Below are positions 1 to 14,421 of a stretch of 64,000 bases of DNA, piece after piece (within the stretch, counting starts at the first letter, position 1; each line of letters starts with the position of its first letter). The stretch is from the NCBI RefSeq assembly GCF_009914755.1, contig NC_060948.1. One strand, given 5' to 3'. The notes beneath the pieces were generated by a model. It was not told the DNA's origin. It did not search any database and saw nothing but the letters and a program-made list of their open reading frames with translations. The position numbers and the translations under genes were made by a program. The stretch comes from the human T2T-CHM13v2.0 reference genome, Homo sapiens.

Positions 1-236
1 AATTTTATTCATTTCAAAGTGAATGTCCTTAGCATTACAAAGTGATATGTCCTCTTGTATATTTATGTAACATTATACTATAGTAACATTGGTGGAATTG
101 GTACTATCCAGTGTTGAATAATAATTGCATGCCTTGAAAAAATTTTGCAAAATGAATACTGCCCAACACTAAAACAAAACACTCAGTAATTCTAGATGGC
201 TAAACAGAATCAATATGTATTTCTCTGTTATTTTAG

Positions 237-354
237 AATAAAATATATTTTAGCTGTTAATTCAAAGAATGTGGCATCAAAATAAATGCCCATGCAATAA
301 AATATATTTTAGCTGTTAATTCAAAGAATGTGGCATCAAAATAAATGCCCATGC
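237..354. repeat. Perfect 59-bp tandem duplication
   Basis: aataaaatatattttagc...aaatgcccatgc occurs at 237-295 and again, identical, at 296-354. Confidence 0.95.
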
Positions 355-1132
355 TTTTTAAACATGATTATATCAACAAGAATAATTGACACTGTTTGTA
401 GAATTTGTCTTCTCATAAAATATCATGAAAATTTCCTTTAATGAAGCCATTAACCACAAATCTCTTTGTACATCTTATTTAGGAACTGCATGTGGATATG
501 TTCATTCAGTAATATACTAGGCAGTGAACTTTAAAAAACCTCAGTTCACAATCATTTCATCCACTAAAAGCCTAATAATCAGAAAAATGGCTGGGTAAGT
601 TTTTCTTTGCATATATTACTTTTTCCTTGAAACAGTTTTTCAGATTAAATATTATAGTTATAAGAATATAAATTTGAAAAGTAAAAGCTATGTATGTCTA
701 AATATTGCTAAATTATTAACATTTATATTTAAACTACCTCAATATTTTATATAGTCATATTAATTAATATCTATATTTAAGGTTAAGCTATATACAATCA
801 GTAATTTTTTAAAGTGTATTTATATAAGTATTATATATCATTACAAATTTTATATACATATTCTATATTAATACTGATTTTTTAAAGTCTGTAATTATAA
901 AAGTGTTATAGCCAACTGAATTTCTGGCTATAATACTTATGTAAATCTAAATTTTAAATATTTCCTTTTAGTAATTCCATAATTTTCATGTAGAATTTGT
1001 AAACCTAATATTTTAAAGCATTAAAAATTATTAAGCCTGTCTGACTCTATAAGATATACTATAATTTTCAAATTTATTTTTGAAACAATACTTTCTTGTT
1101 TCAAAACTTTAAAATTAATGTATAAATGAATA

Positions 1133-1179
1133 TGCATTAATAAGTCTCATTTTATGTGCATTAATAAGTCTCATTTTAT
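1133..1179. repeat. 24-bp-period tandem duplication
   Basis: tgcattaataagtctcattttat at 1133-1155 and 1157-1179. Confidence 0.9.
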
Positions 1180-1247
1180 ATACATGTCTTTATACATCCA
1201 GACCTGCTGACCTCATTAGATAATTTCATACATTTTTGTATGTTGCT

Positions 1248-1600
1248 GCTGTAGTCTAAACATTTGGGCTACACAAAATTCAGACATTCAACCCAAACCT
1301 CAAGTTGATGGTATTGGGAGGTGTGGCTTTTGGGAGTCATCACCTCATAAGGGTGAAGACTCATGAATGAGATCAGTATCCTTATAAAAGGCTAAACAAA
1401 TCAGACTTTTTCTCTTCCTCTGCATAAGGATATAGTTTGAAGGCACAATTGGTGAGAATGGAAGCAAGAGTTCATTAGGAATGAAATCAGTGAACACGTT
1501 GATCTTGCACTTCCCAGCCTCCATAATTGTGAGAAATACATTTCTGATGTTGAAGCCCTCAATCTGGTATTTTGTTATGGCAACCATAATAAATTAATGC
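1248..1600 (+). mobile_element. MaLR LTR, MLT1A-like
   Basis: gatggtattgggaggtgtggcttttgggag...catgaatgagatcagtatccttataaaag and gatcttgcacttcccagcctcca resemble the MLT1A consensus. Confidence 0.75.
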
Positions 1601-1641
1601 TTTTTCTCTCTCTCTTCTTTGCCTCTTTACCTACCATAAAC

Positions 1642-1649
1642 AGATAGAT

Positions 1650-1694
<45 letters not shown>

Positions 1695-1703
1695 GATGGA
1701 TAG
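1642..1703. repeat. (AGAT)n tetranucleotide STR, 11 uninterrupted units at 1651-1694
   Basis: Direct count. Confidence 0.95.
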
Positions 1704-2497
1704 TTACATAAATGCCAATAAAATAAACATACATATATATTTAAATATGTATGGGAATGTATACATGCATAATGTATTATTCATTTTTACTCAGAATTTG
1801 GGAGATCTGCACCTTGACTTTTATTTCCCCCCAAAATTATCTGTTCTGATCATCTTTTCAAATGCCTTCATAAGGTGTTTACTTTTTTAACTTACATAGT
1901 ATTAATTGGCTAGAATGATTTTCATAGGTTGATTCCAGTCTCTTGAAATGACAGAAAACCTTTATTTGAATAATGTGTACTATGTCACTTTGCACAGCTA
2001 CGTGTTTATCTAAAAAATAAAGTGTATATCACTAGTTCAACAGGCAAATGCACTTGTCATGTTGACAGATGTTTCAAATTATGTCCAAGAAAGAAGACAC
2101 CAAACTTTCTTCTGTCACCGGAGACAAATGAGACTGTTCATTTTCCTAAGGCTTTGCCCACCTCATGTGTTGTTGACCTGTGGATTCTGCCAATGCTGTA
2201 TAAAATTATTTTAGAGTTGACATTAGGATTTGCATGGCTCTCATTTCTACTTGATACACATTGCAATGATACTTACGTGAAAACTTTAAAATTATTTTAG
2301 ACACCAAAAACAAAGCCATAACTCTATGTGTTCATTTGGATTTCTAAGCACAGGATATATTAAGGTGAATCACAGTCACTGAATCATGTTCCACACAAAA
2401 CTTAATAGCAACAAGTGTTGGTAATGATTAAGTTCTTGACATGAGCAAGACAACCTGTGACATACATGGATTAGCTGATATAAACTCTCTGAGATAG

Positions 2498-2836
<339 letters not shown>

Positions 2837-3179
2837 TAGCTTGCTCAAGACTACCAAACTGGAAGTAGAAACATAACCAATATGCTTTTCCTATTGCAGT
2901 CATTAACTTGACTTTTAGGTTGTGTAAACTTGTGTCTCTGCTACACCAAGTCATTTAATCTAATAAACCCAATCAGCATGTCTGACCCCAATATTACCTT
3001 TCTCTTTATTCAAGAGGATTTTCTATTGCTCCTTGAATTTATCTTCTCCTTTTATCTCTTATATTAGCTTTTTAGTTCTTGTCGATTTATTCTTTACCAG
3101 GCCTTTCAGATTTGAGCTTTTTCCTTTCACCACCCCAGGTGGATACACCAACTCCAGTTCTTATTCTGTATAAAGCATC

Positions 3180-3552
3180 TGGTATTGTTTGGCTCTGTTT
3201 CCCCACCCAAATCTCATGTCCAATTGTAATCCCCAGTGTTGGGAAAGGGACCTGGTGGGAGGTGGGCAGATTTCTTCCTTGCTGTTCTCATGATAGTGAG
3301 TGAGTTCTCACAATATCTTATTGTTAAAAAGTGTGTGGCACCTCCCCCTGTGCTCTCTCTTGCTCTCCTGCTGGACATGTGAAGACAAGCTTGGTTCCCC
3401 TTTGCCTTCTGCTGTGATTTTAAGTTTCCTGACGCCTCCACAACCATGCTTCCTCAATAGCCCAAGGTACCATGAGCCAATTAACCCTCTTTTCTTTGTA
3501 AAGTACCCATTCTCAGGTAATTCTTTATAGCAGTGTGAAAACAGGCTACTAT
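3180..3552 (+). mobile_element. MaLR LTR, MSTA/MSTB-like
   Basis: tttggctctgtttccccacccaaatctcatg...ttctttatagcagtgtgaaaacagg termini. Confidence 0.85.
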
Positions 3553-4129
3553 CATACCTAAAAAGAAATAAAACATTTTTATAACACATTTTCTGCCCCT
3601 ACCTTAAACTTTCATTTCTAAGCCCTTTGGATTGGCTTTGAAAACCAACTGTGAGTAGGCTTCACTTTTGTATCCAAGCTTACTTAGCTGCTACAACTGC
3701 TACATTACTGTTTTGTGGTATCAAGGATGCTTTCGTTTATTTGTATAATTCCTTCTTTCCTTCAAGAAACCCATTTTGAGGCGTCTCAGCTTCCCAGGTA
3801 CTGTGTTAGATACTTTACAAAATCATCTACTCGTGCTTTGAGAACCAATTACTTTGATTTCTTTAGGACTACCTGTGAAGAAATGTCTGCTGTGGCTTTA
3901 TGAATTGAAGGGAGAGCTGTCTCAGCATCAAGAGAGTCACAATGAGAAATTAAGTCTGAAGGACTACAGTTACAATGTTCAAATGTGACTAAATAAAAAT
4001 TGATGAAAAAAACCTTGAAAACCAAACATTCTTGGATTTACAAGAAAGACAAATTCCTCTGCCCCTTAGACTAAACTTGACAAAACTACAATAACATGGA
4101 CCCACAAAACAAACTCTTCTAAAGATTAT

Positions 4130-4480
4130 ATAAATAAAAGCATAAGTACATAATTGCCATCTGTACACTGTGTATTATTAGTGCATGTGCATATATTTAT
4201 AATACTATATACGATGTATACAAAATAGCATACTGTATTTATATTACATCACAGTATGCATATAGATATATATTATATATAATATGCATGGATACAACAA
4301 TATGTATATAATATATATTAAATATAATATATACACATAATATAGGTATATAGATAATACAAATTCAAAGGTACATAGATAAGATAGTATATATTAAAAT
4401 GAAAATATACTATATATTATAGCATTATGTACAGTATACATATATATGTGTAAACATAAAATGATATACATTTTATATTA
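4130..4480. repeat. TA-rich low-complexity DNA
   Basis: Degenerate (TA)n/(TATAC)n composition. Confidence 0.7.
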
Positions 4481-6180
4481 ATCCTTTGGACTAGAGGTTG
4501 TTATATAAAAAAATTTTAATCTTATATACAAACAAACACACACAACAACTTTGTGTTCTTAATAAGGTTTTCAGCCAAAAATAAAAGTCTTACTACATTT
4601 TTATGCAGCAGTCTTTCCTAATAAGTTAAATTGTTTTCAGAATTTCTGATTAAGCCCAGCCAACATAAATTCAGAGGAAGATAATTTGACTCTTAACATT
4701 TTTAAAATCCTGCAAATATGCTTTATGATTATTAAAGGTGCATCTGCATCAGGCAAGCCCCCTCTCATCTTTCTCATTTTTATTAGGCATACTGGCTTCA
4801 AACAGCAGCTCTTGTGGTTCTCAAGTTCCCCAGTGGCTTCTGAGAGACAGCAAGTCTTCAAATCAAAGCAGGTTTACTCCTCTAGAAGGAGAATGAGGAG
4901 ACTTATTTCCTGTCAAGAATTCAGCAGTGCTTGAGAGAACAAAGTGTGCTCTCTGAAGACTCTTCAACAAAATATCTCTAACAAACATATGGAGAGGTTA
5001 AAAGAGAATTCTATACCACTTCATGATTTAGGAAATGCTTAAGAATTTCCACTGGGTTGGATCAGGCTATAATCTCTAAAATACTAAAGTGGTGTTTACA
5101 ACAACATGAACATTTCTTTTTTAAATCATAGGAAGGAAATACCTATAGGTATCTGATTTATAATCTAGAGATATGCAGAATTCTCCATGTCTTGCCACCA
5201 GTAAGAACTTCAACAATCTATATGTGCTTGTGGTAGACCAAAAATGTATGCCCCCAAATTCCTAGACCTACTGATTATTGCAAGTTTGTGTTCCCAGCCC
5301 TACATCTCCAACTCCCTATGTATTCCTGCACCAAGGCTCACTTTCAGAGTTCCTCCACTATCTCATTTTGCAGCCCTAGGTCTTGAGCTTGGTTGGGTAG
5401 ATAGTAGGTCAGCCTCCCCAACCAGGGTCTCTGATGTTGTCAATTTTTGACTCTTTCTTCCCTGAATTTCTGAAAGTTTCATTGATGAGGAGATAAATAA
5501 ATGGCAACTTGATTCCCATTAATAGAGAGTCTTGGTAGGGTCTGTGTTTTTGGAGGGTCTGTATAGTAGTATTTTAAGGAGTCCAATATCTAGACTTTGA
5601 TTCTGTAAATGGGTTGATATACTGGGCATGGGATCATGTCCAAATCCAGGGATTACAAAGGTCAGATTATTTTGAAGGGTTGGTGACCAGACTCCAATGA
5701 ATCAGGAACAGTGTGAGAACTGTAAGTGGCAATTTTGTCCCACTTATTTTTGGTCATCAAAACGGGGAAGGAAATACACTTTTGTCCACTGGCATAGGGT
5801 GGATAAAAGTCAATATAATGCACAAATTTACTATTATCTAGCCCATAATGTCAACAGTGCTGAGGCTGAGAAACCTTGGAAGAATAGTAGTAGACATGAA
5901 ATCTCAGAACACCTGACATTTCTGGGAATGAAGCTGTCAGGCTACAGTTACAGTTAAGGACAGGGTCTCTATCAGGGAGGTGGGGCTGTGTTAGGATTCT
6001 GTAGAAGTTAGGGATGCAGGTAATTGATGGACTGAGTCATAGGATGTGCTGGAGAACAGCTGTGTATTCATTAGCATGTATGCTTAGGGTCCTTGTTGTC
6101 CCACATTTCCACTAGTTGGGAATGTCCATATCTTCTATTCTATAGTTTTTTCTCCAATACCTAAAGATATTGAACTTCTG

Positions 6181-6825
6181 TGTATTAGCTTGCTTTGTGT
6201 TTCTATAAAGGAATTCCTGAAGCTATGTCATTTATATATTTAAGAAGAGGTTTATTTGACTCACGGTTCTGCAGGCTATACAAGAAGCATGGTACCAGTC
6301 TCTCCTTCTGGTGACTCCTCAGGAAGTTTCACTCATGATGGAAGAAAAAGGGGAGTTGGGAGTAGCACAAGGAAGAAGACAAGGGGAGGGAGCCAGGTGT
6401 TTTTTTTATTATATTTTGAGGCAGTGTCTCACTTCATTGCCCAGGCTGGAGTGCAGTGGTGTAATTATGGCTCACTGCAGCCTCAACCTCCTGGGTTCAT
6501 GCAGTCCTCCCACCTCAGCCTCCTGAGTACCTGGGCCCACAGGTGTGCACCATCATGCCTGGCTAAGTTTTTTTTAATTTTTTTAATTTAATTTAATTTA
6601 ATTTTTTTTTTTTGTAGAGACAGGATCCCACTGTTGCCCGAGTTGTCTCTGAACTCCTGGTCTAAGTAGTCCTTCCACTTTGGCCTCCTACAGTGCTAGG
6701 ATTAAAAGTGTGAGCCACTGAGCACAGTGCAGACTTCTTTTTTTTAACTATCAGATTTCATAGAAATTAATAGAGCAAGAATTCATGTGTTATTTCAAAG
6801 ACAGCATCAAGCCATTTATGTGCTT
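6181..6825 (-). mobile_element. MaLR LTR (MST family) interrupted by an AluJ
   Basis: tgtattag...gaggtttatttgactcacggttctgcaggct...agcatgg; MST-like sequence resumes after the Alu. Confidence 0.75.
6399..6730 (-). mobile_element. AluJ
   Basis: gcccaggctggagtgcagtgg...ctcactgcagcctcaacctcctggg; expanded T/A linker. Confidence 0.9.
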
Positions 6826-8119
6826 GATGTACCCCCTGCTCCATTTCCAAAGGCTGGCCTGAATATATTCATCAAAGCTATTTGAGAAAGCCCTGCAGGA
6901 AAGGACACTGTCAAGAGAGTTAGGAAACAACCACTTTGCATGCATCTGGTTTACATATGCAATCGTTAATTTTTGTATCTGGAACTGAGGTTCAAATTCA
7001 GCTTTTCCCTACAAAAGTGAGTTTTACACATGCATAAATGACATATCGATATTTAATATGTTTTTAAAAATTAGCTGCCATTCATCAATGGATCCCAGCA
7101 ACGGATCAAGAAATGTTGTTGTGTTTATGTGTTTCTCTATTGTTCTTACACGTTTACAGCACTAGTGGGCATTGTCTATTAGCCTCATTGTACACTCAGG
7201 CAGGGTAAAGAGACATGCAGCCACAATGGTCTAACATTCCCTTTGCATACGTTCTTCAGTGGCATGATTATTTTACAGGGATTTCCCCTGAAGGCCTGAT
7301 ATATAAAGAATGTTTTTATATGGATTATTTGTTTTTCAGCTTTATTCATCTTTGCAATCAAATGTCAATGACAGGTGCTTTCTTTGAAGTGATTTGGGTC
7401 TGATTCTAGCTGCATCTGAATGAGTTGCTGGCTGGAGTATCAGATGCCTATAAATAACTCTCAATTAGAAAGGTACTCTCAATTCAGAAAGGGCCATGTC
7501 TCAGGTTGTTTAAGAAATCCTTTCTAAGGACAGAGAAGAGTGAGCAGTCTCTCCTTAAGTGAAGGATACATCATTCAAGCCAAATGAATATTATACACTA
7601 TACAGCACATATATTTATATGCTCCTGAATGTAATTTATTACCTGACAACAAATGTGTAATTTAAAAATTATTAAAATTGTTCAAATTAAAAAGGAAGCA
7701 TATAGAAATAAATTTTTAAAAATCTGTTTGCTATATCTGCCATTATGTATATATTATTGTTACTTATCTGCATTATCACCCAAACATTGCACACATCATT
7801 CAGTGAATGTATATGAACAATATTAATTTTATGATTCAAAATTGGAACTTTCATTGTAAAACAATGTTTCTAATATGATTTATTATATTCCCATTCATAT
7901 CTTATATCACCACTCACATATTAATATATGCATGTATATTACCATAATATAATATTATATTAGTCTTTGTTCTTAAATGTAATATTTGCTTTCCAACCTG
8001 GAGGAAGAGAGATGGAACTATTCCAAAAAATGTCACCAAGTTCATGTTCTAACTCTGATACTTATTCAAATTTCTTTTAATTTTTTAAATTCATAATATT
8101 TAAAAATATACGGAATAGC

Positions 8120-8408
8120 TTTTTTTTTCTGAGGCAGGGTCTCACTCTGTCACCAAAGCTTGACTGCAATGGCATGATCATGTCTCACTGCAGCCTCCAC
8201 CTCCCTAGCTGAAGAGATCCTCCCTCCTCAGCCTCTCAAGTAACTGGGGACACAGACATTTGCCACCATGACTGGCTAATTTTTGCATTTTTGTAGAGAC
8301 AAGATTTTCTATGTTGTCCATGTAGTCTCAAACTCCCCGGCTCAAGGGATCTGCTTGCCTTGGCCTCTAAATATACTGGTATTACCGGTGTGAGCTACCC
8401 TCCTGGCC
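8120..8408 (-). mobile_element. AluJ
   Basis: Poly-T, agggtctcactctgtcacc...ctcaagggatctgc. Confidence 0.9.
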
Positions 8409-8497
8409 CACTTAATCCTTAATCTGGCATGTGTTTTATACTCTCCTGGCTCCACAGGGCTCTTTGATCTAGGGCCACTATTTATATCATTACCTAG

Positions 8498-8850
8498 TGC
8501 TATTGTGTGAATGTTAATGTCCCTGAAGAGTTCCTATGTCAAAGTCCCCATCCTCAAGGGGATGGTGTTAGGAGGTGTCGCCTTTGGGAAATGATGAGTT
8601 CATGAGGGTAAGCATCACAGATGCGACTACTGCCCTTATAGAAGGCACTACAGAGAGCTTCCTCGCCCCTTCTGCCATGTGAGGACACAGTGAGAAGGCT
8701 CCATCTATGAACCAGGAAGTAGGTTCGCACCAGACATAGAATCTGCCATTACTTGATCTTGGACTTTCCAGCCTCTACATCTGTGAGCAATAAATGTCTG
8801 TTGTTTAAAAGCCACCCTGTGATTATTTCTTAGAGAAGAAACAAACAAAA
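8498..8850 (+). mobile_element. MaLR LTR, MLT1A-like
   Basis: ggtgttaggaggtg...gccatgtgaggacacagtgagaagg...gatcttggactttccagcctc...aataaatgtctgttgttt. Confidence 0.85.
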
Positions 8851-9174
8851 ATGAATGGAAACATACTTTACCACCAAAATCATTAGCAATTTGGAACCCC
8901 ATGCCAAATAATTGCATTCTTATACATGCTAAAAATCTCACTATATTTAGGGTGGAAAGAAAAAGTCTACTGGAGTTTTCTCACCAGGGAGAACAGAATC
9001 AGCCATTTTTTTTAAAGAAGATTCTTAATCTTTTGAGTTTTATTATTTTGGATATGTGGTATAGGAAATAAAATATTCAATATTTTTCATAATGCTTTGA
9101 TATATCATTTTGATTCATTCTAAAATATTAGTAAAAGTTTATAAATTTCAAAATAATCCAAATCTCTTTACATT

Positions 9175-9533
9175 CCTGTTTCTGTCTCTGTCTCTCTCTC
9201 CCTCTCTCTTTCTCTCTGCCTCTCCCTCTCTTTGTCTCTTTCTCCTTTTTCTTTTTCTGTTTCTGTCTTTCTCCCCCTTTCTTTTTCTCTCTCTGTCTCT
9301 CTCTTCTCTCCCTGTCTCTTTCTTCTTTTCTCTCTCTGTCTCTTTCTCTCTCTTTCTGTCTCTGTCCCTTTCTCCCTTTCTTCTCTCTCTGTCTCTGTCT
9401 TTCTCTCTCTCTTTCTCTCTCCTTTTCTCTGTCTCTGTCTCTCTTTCCCTCTTTTCCTTTTTCTTTCTCTGTCTTGGTTTACCTGCACACACACACACCA
9501 CCGCCCCCCCCACCCCGCCACACACACACACAC
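9175..9533. repeat. ~300-bp (CT/TCTG)n polypyrimidine tract followed by (CA)n and C-runs
   Basis: Direct inspection; explains the spurious Arg/Glu/Lys- and Ser/Leu-rich ORFs. Confidence 0.95.
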
Positions 9534-10384
9534 AAGCTCTCAGCCATCTTGAGCTTAGGTTTTTTGTTTGTTTTCTTTTATTATTTCCTTCACTGTGCAA
9601 CAACTTTCTGCCTCTATAATTCTGTCACATGACCTACAGCAAATTCTTGACTTGGAACATGCATTCTCCTTGACAGAGTTCTTCTCTAACTTAAATTATT
9701 CACAGCACATACAGGAATTTTAGAATAATAATTCACATATACGCACACATATAAAGAGAGGGACATAAGTTGCTGTATGTTGTTTATCTCAAACTCGGCT
9801 TTTCCCTCCTTAAATTCACTATATACTCATTTTCAGGTTTTCAGTAAAGCAGTCCTTTTCTATAATTTATCACATAAGTTTCCTAGAAACTCTTCATGCC
9901 TCACCTAAGAACAATCTAAGACATACAATATAAAGCTAAGAAATTATCTCCATTCTATATACTGGCTGGTTTCTCATTCACACCTCTTGTGTCATCCAAA
10001 TTTAACACATATTACTTAAAAGATGTTACCATAAGTTCTGGCTACATAAGGCCTCTTCAGATTTTCAACACGTGGAGTTACCAGGGTCTTTGCAAGCCTA
10101 TGCCTCTATGATTTTACTGTACCTTTGCCATCTATTTTATTTTAGTGTTATCTACTTGAAATATACATGACCAAGCCAATCCACTAGCCTTTAAAAGCAG
10201 TCAGTTTAATGGAAAGTGAGAGGGAAAATTAAAGTTAAATTGTTTGTTTTATATTATAGAAAGGACAATAGATATGGGGTAATATCATCATTTTGCTATC
10301 AAGTCTCAAAAAGTTCAATTCAAACTCCATTTTTGATACAGAAATTTTGGTACATATTTATGAATCAAGTTGCCATTTAAATGA

Positions 10385-10632
<248 letters not shown>

Positions 10633-12145
10633 TAATAGATACGGATGGCCCAATCATTATGGAATGATCTTAAATGGGAACACATATGGGGAGAAAAGTG
10701 TGGATCTAATGAGGAAATTAGCATGTGAGTGGATAGAAAAGTGTCAGTGTTTGATAATACAGAAAAAGGTAACAAACCTAGAAGGGATTTGAAAGGTCAC
10801 ACAGATTTTGTGGAACCACAGACTAAACGAGGTGAAAACAATAATGACAGCTTTTGCTTGTTCACTGCTATAGGAGTGAGGCTAAGCAGAATTTCTGTGG
10901 GTTTTGACAAAGGCCATGCATATGAGGCCATCCTCATGAATTGTGTCATACTCAGTGGCCCTGGCAAAATGATAGGGCTTATACAATGAAGAGGCAAACT
11001 CATGATATTAGCATGCAGTGAAAGAAGGCAGAGTGATCTGAGGTCCCCAGATCTCACCAGGAGGGGCACAGGTGGGCATTCAGAGATCAGACAATGAAAT
11101 CATAAGTTGAGGAGATTTGTTCTGGACATGACAGGATGAACTGAGTCTAGGGGTCATGACAGGCTGAGTCCTGCTTCCCCAGAACACCCAACCTCCAACA
11201 CCGAACATTGGTTATCATCAGTGTCAGTAAGGGATTGACTCTTTGTGAATCAGTCTTGATCCTAGAAATCCAGGGAATTTCAATGAACAGAAAACTGAAT
11301 CCTAACAGAATATAGGTGGCATACAAGCCAAGAAAAATTCCTTTGTGATTTTTCTAATCCACTTAGGGTAAAAAGTGTTTCATCATTACAAGACAATCCA
11401 TGATTATAACTCAACACATAATCATTTTTATGAATGTTCTCATAGGTCCCTGTTCAATCCAAGCATTTATGATTAACTGATTTAATTAGAGTATTGTTCT
11501 CAATGCAGGTGTGCATGAATTGAACAGAGAGCAATCTGGTGACTTAATTGAAAGTTTTCCCCTTAAATAGAGTCATGGTCATTGATGAGTTCCTCTGGAT
11601 TCAAATAATCTAGAAAAAGATTTCCCTTCACAGTCTGGAATTCCCACTTTAAAATAAAATTACAATGGCTTTAATGGTTTAGCTTTATTGTTCTTGATTT
11701 TACAAAGGTATGCCTTTTACAAATAACTTTAAGAGTTGGATAATCATTTTTTTTTCTTATTTAGTTGGACATTGTTATAGTAGGTAGTCAACTACATTTT
11801 ACTGTCTAATAAAAACCAATCATTATATTTCTGCTTTATGTAATTTTGACATTGTCAATTCATGTGACCTACTCTCATTACTTTTGAAATAATAATACAA
11901 AAAAACTGAGAAGATAAGTGAGAAGTAAAGTCATCTTGGATAAAACTTCCAAATCATTTGACAAAGCTATAGAGCAATATTTCTTATCTCCATTTTAAAA
12001 TATACTAACAGTTTTTTTTACTAAATGGACAATAACTGTGTATATATTTTAAAACAACTGTTTAGAAGCAACAATCACTAATAAAAATGTATTTAGCTAT
12101 AAAGTAGAAGCATGTGAGATTACAGAACTGTTTACAAAACAAATA

Positions 12146-14141
12146 TTTTGGTAACAGTGCCATGTTTTGGTTACTGTAGCCTCATAGTATAGTTTGGAGT
12201 CAAGTAGTATGATACCTCCAGCTTTGATCTTTTCGCTTAGGATTCTCTTGTCTATGTGGCCTCTTTCTTGATTCCATATGAAATTTAAAGTAGTTGTTTT
12301 TTCTAATTCTATGGAGTAAGTCAATAGTAGTTTGATGAGAATAGCAATGAATGTATAAATTACTCTGGGCAGTATGGCCATTTTTATGATACTTATTCTT
12401 CCTGTCCACAAGCACGGAATGTTTTTCCATTTGTTTGTGTCCTCTCTTCTTTCCTTTAGCAGCAGTTTGTAGCTCTCCTTGAAGAGGTCCTTCACATCCC
12501 TTTTTAAGTTGGAGTCCTAGGTATTTTATTCTCTTTGTAGCAATTGTGAATGGGAGTTCACTCAGGATTTGGATCTCTGATTGTCTCTTATTGGTGTACA
12601 GGAATGCTTGTGATTTTTGCACATTCACTTTGTGTCCTGATACTTTGCTGAAGTTGTTTATCAGTTTGAGGAGATTTTGGGCTGAGATGATGGGGTTTTC
12701 TAAATATATAATCATGTTTTCTGCAGAGACAATTTGACTTCCTTGCTTCCTATTTTAATACCCTTTATTTCTTTCTCTTGCCTGACTGCACTGGCCAGAA
12801 CATCCAATACTATGTTGAATAGGAGTGGTGAGAGAGGGCATCCTTGTCTTGCACGGGTTTTCAAAGGAAATGCTTCCAGTTTTTGTCCATTCACTATGAT
12901 ATTGTACCAAAACAGATATATAGATCAGTGGACAGAACACAGGCCTCAGAAATAACACCTTACATCTACAACCATCTGATCTTTGAAAAACCTGACCAAA
13001 ACAAGAAATGGGGAAAGGATTCTCTATTTAATAAATATGTTTGGAAAACTGGCTAGCCATATGCAGAAAACTGAAACCAGTCCCCTTCCTTACACCTTAT
13101 ACAAAAATTAACTCAAGAGGGATTAAAGACTTAAACATAACACCTAAAAACTAGGACACAGGCATGTGTAACAACTTCATGACTAAAACGCCAAAAGAAA
13201 TGAAAACAAAATTGACAGCAGGGATCTAATTAAACTAAAGAGCCTCTGCACAGCAAAAGAAGCTATAATGAGAGTGAACTCATTGCAGAATGGGAAGAAA
13301 TTTCTGCAATCTATCCGTCTGTCAAAGGGCTATATCCAGAATCTACAAAAAACTGAAACACCTTTACAAGAAAAAAAAACAACCCCATCAAAAAGTATGC
13401 GAAGGATATAAATAGACAGTTCTCAAAAGAAGACATTTTTGCAGCCACCAAACATCTGAAAAAAAGATCATCATCACTCATCATTAGAGAAATGCAAATC
13501 AAAACCCCATTGGGATACCATCTCATGGCAGTTAGAATGGCGATCATTAAAAAGTCATGAAACAACAGATACTTGAGAGGACGTGGAGAAATAGGAACAC
13601 TTTTACACTATTGGAGGGAGTGTGAATTAGTTCAACCATTGTGGAAGACAGTGTGGCGATTCCTCAAAGATCTAGAACCATAAACACCATTTGACTCAGC
13701 AATCCCATTAATGGGTATTTACCCATGAATTACAAATCATTCTGCTATAAAGACCCCTGCACACATATGTTTACTGAGGTACTATTTACATGGCAAAGAC
13801 TTGGAACAAACTCAAATGTCCATCAATGATATGCTGAAAACCATCATTCTCAGCAAACTAACACAAGAACAGAAAATCAAACACCACATGTGCTCACTCA
13901 TAAGTGGGAGTTGAACAATGAGAAAACATACTCACAGGGAGGGGAATATCACACAATAGGGTCTGTCAGCAGTAGGGGCCTAGGAGAAGGATAGCGTTAG
14001 GAGAAATTCCTAATGTAGATGATGTGTTGTTGGGTGCAGCAAACCATCATGGTACGCGTATACCTAGGTAACAAAACTGTACATTCTGAACATGTATCCC
14101 ATAACTTAAAGTATGATTTAAAAAACCAACCAAACAAACAA
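12146..14141 (+). mobile_element. 5'-truncated, 5'-inverted L1 (L1PA7/8-like). Inverted ORF2 piece ~12146-12903, sense 3' part 12904-~14141
   Basis: Minus-strand ORF2 RT peptides ([23 protein letters not shown]), then a plus-strand ORF2 end, 3'UTR and A-tail; TSD aaaaca(a/g)atatttt at 12136-12149 and 14142-14155. Confidence 0.92.
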
Positions 14142-14421
14142 AAAACAGATATTTTTTGAAATATTATAAATTCAGGAAAATGGTTACATGCTAACATGAA
14201 TCACAAGTAGAAAGACATTCAGTGAGAAGATTCCTAATGTTACATGATGTTGTACTTACGTGTCACCAAATTATTTAATGGAATCTATGGTAGTCAGTAG
14301 AAATAGTTAAGCTAGTATATTGCTATTAAAATGTTGATATCAGTGAATATACATGCATACATTCACATACATGCATTAGGGAAATACATTATGCAAAACT
14401 ATTTAGAGACATAAAAATGAC

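Noticed and set aside
9110-9619. Four overlapping 106-169 aa ORFs (RE/K-rich and S/L-rich)
   Set aside because: Translations of a CT microsatellite that lacks stop codons; not genes
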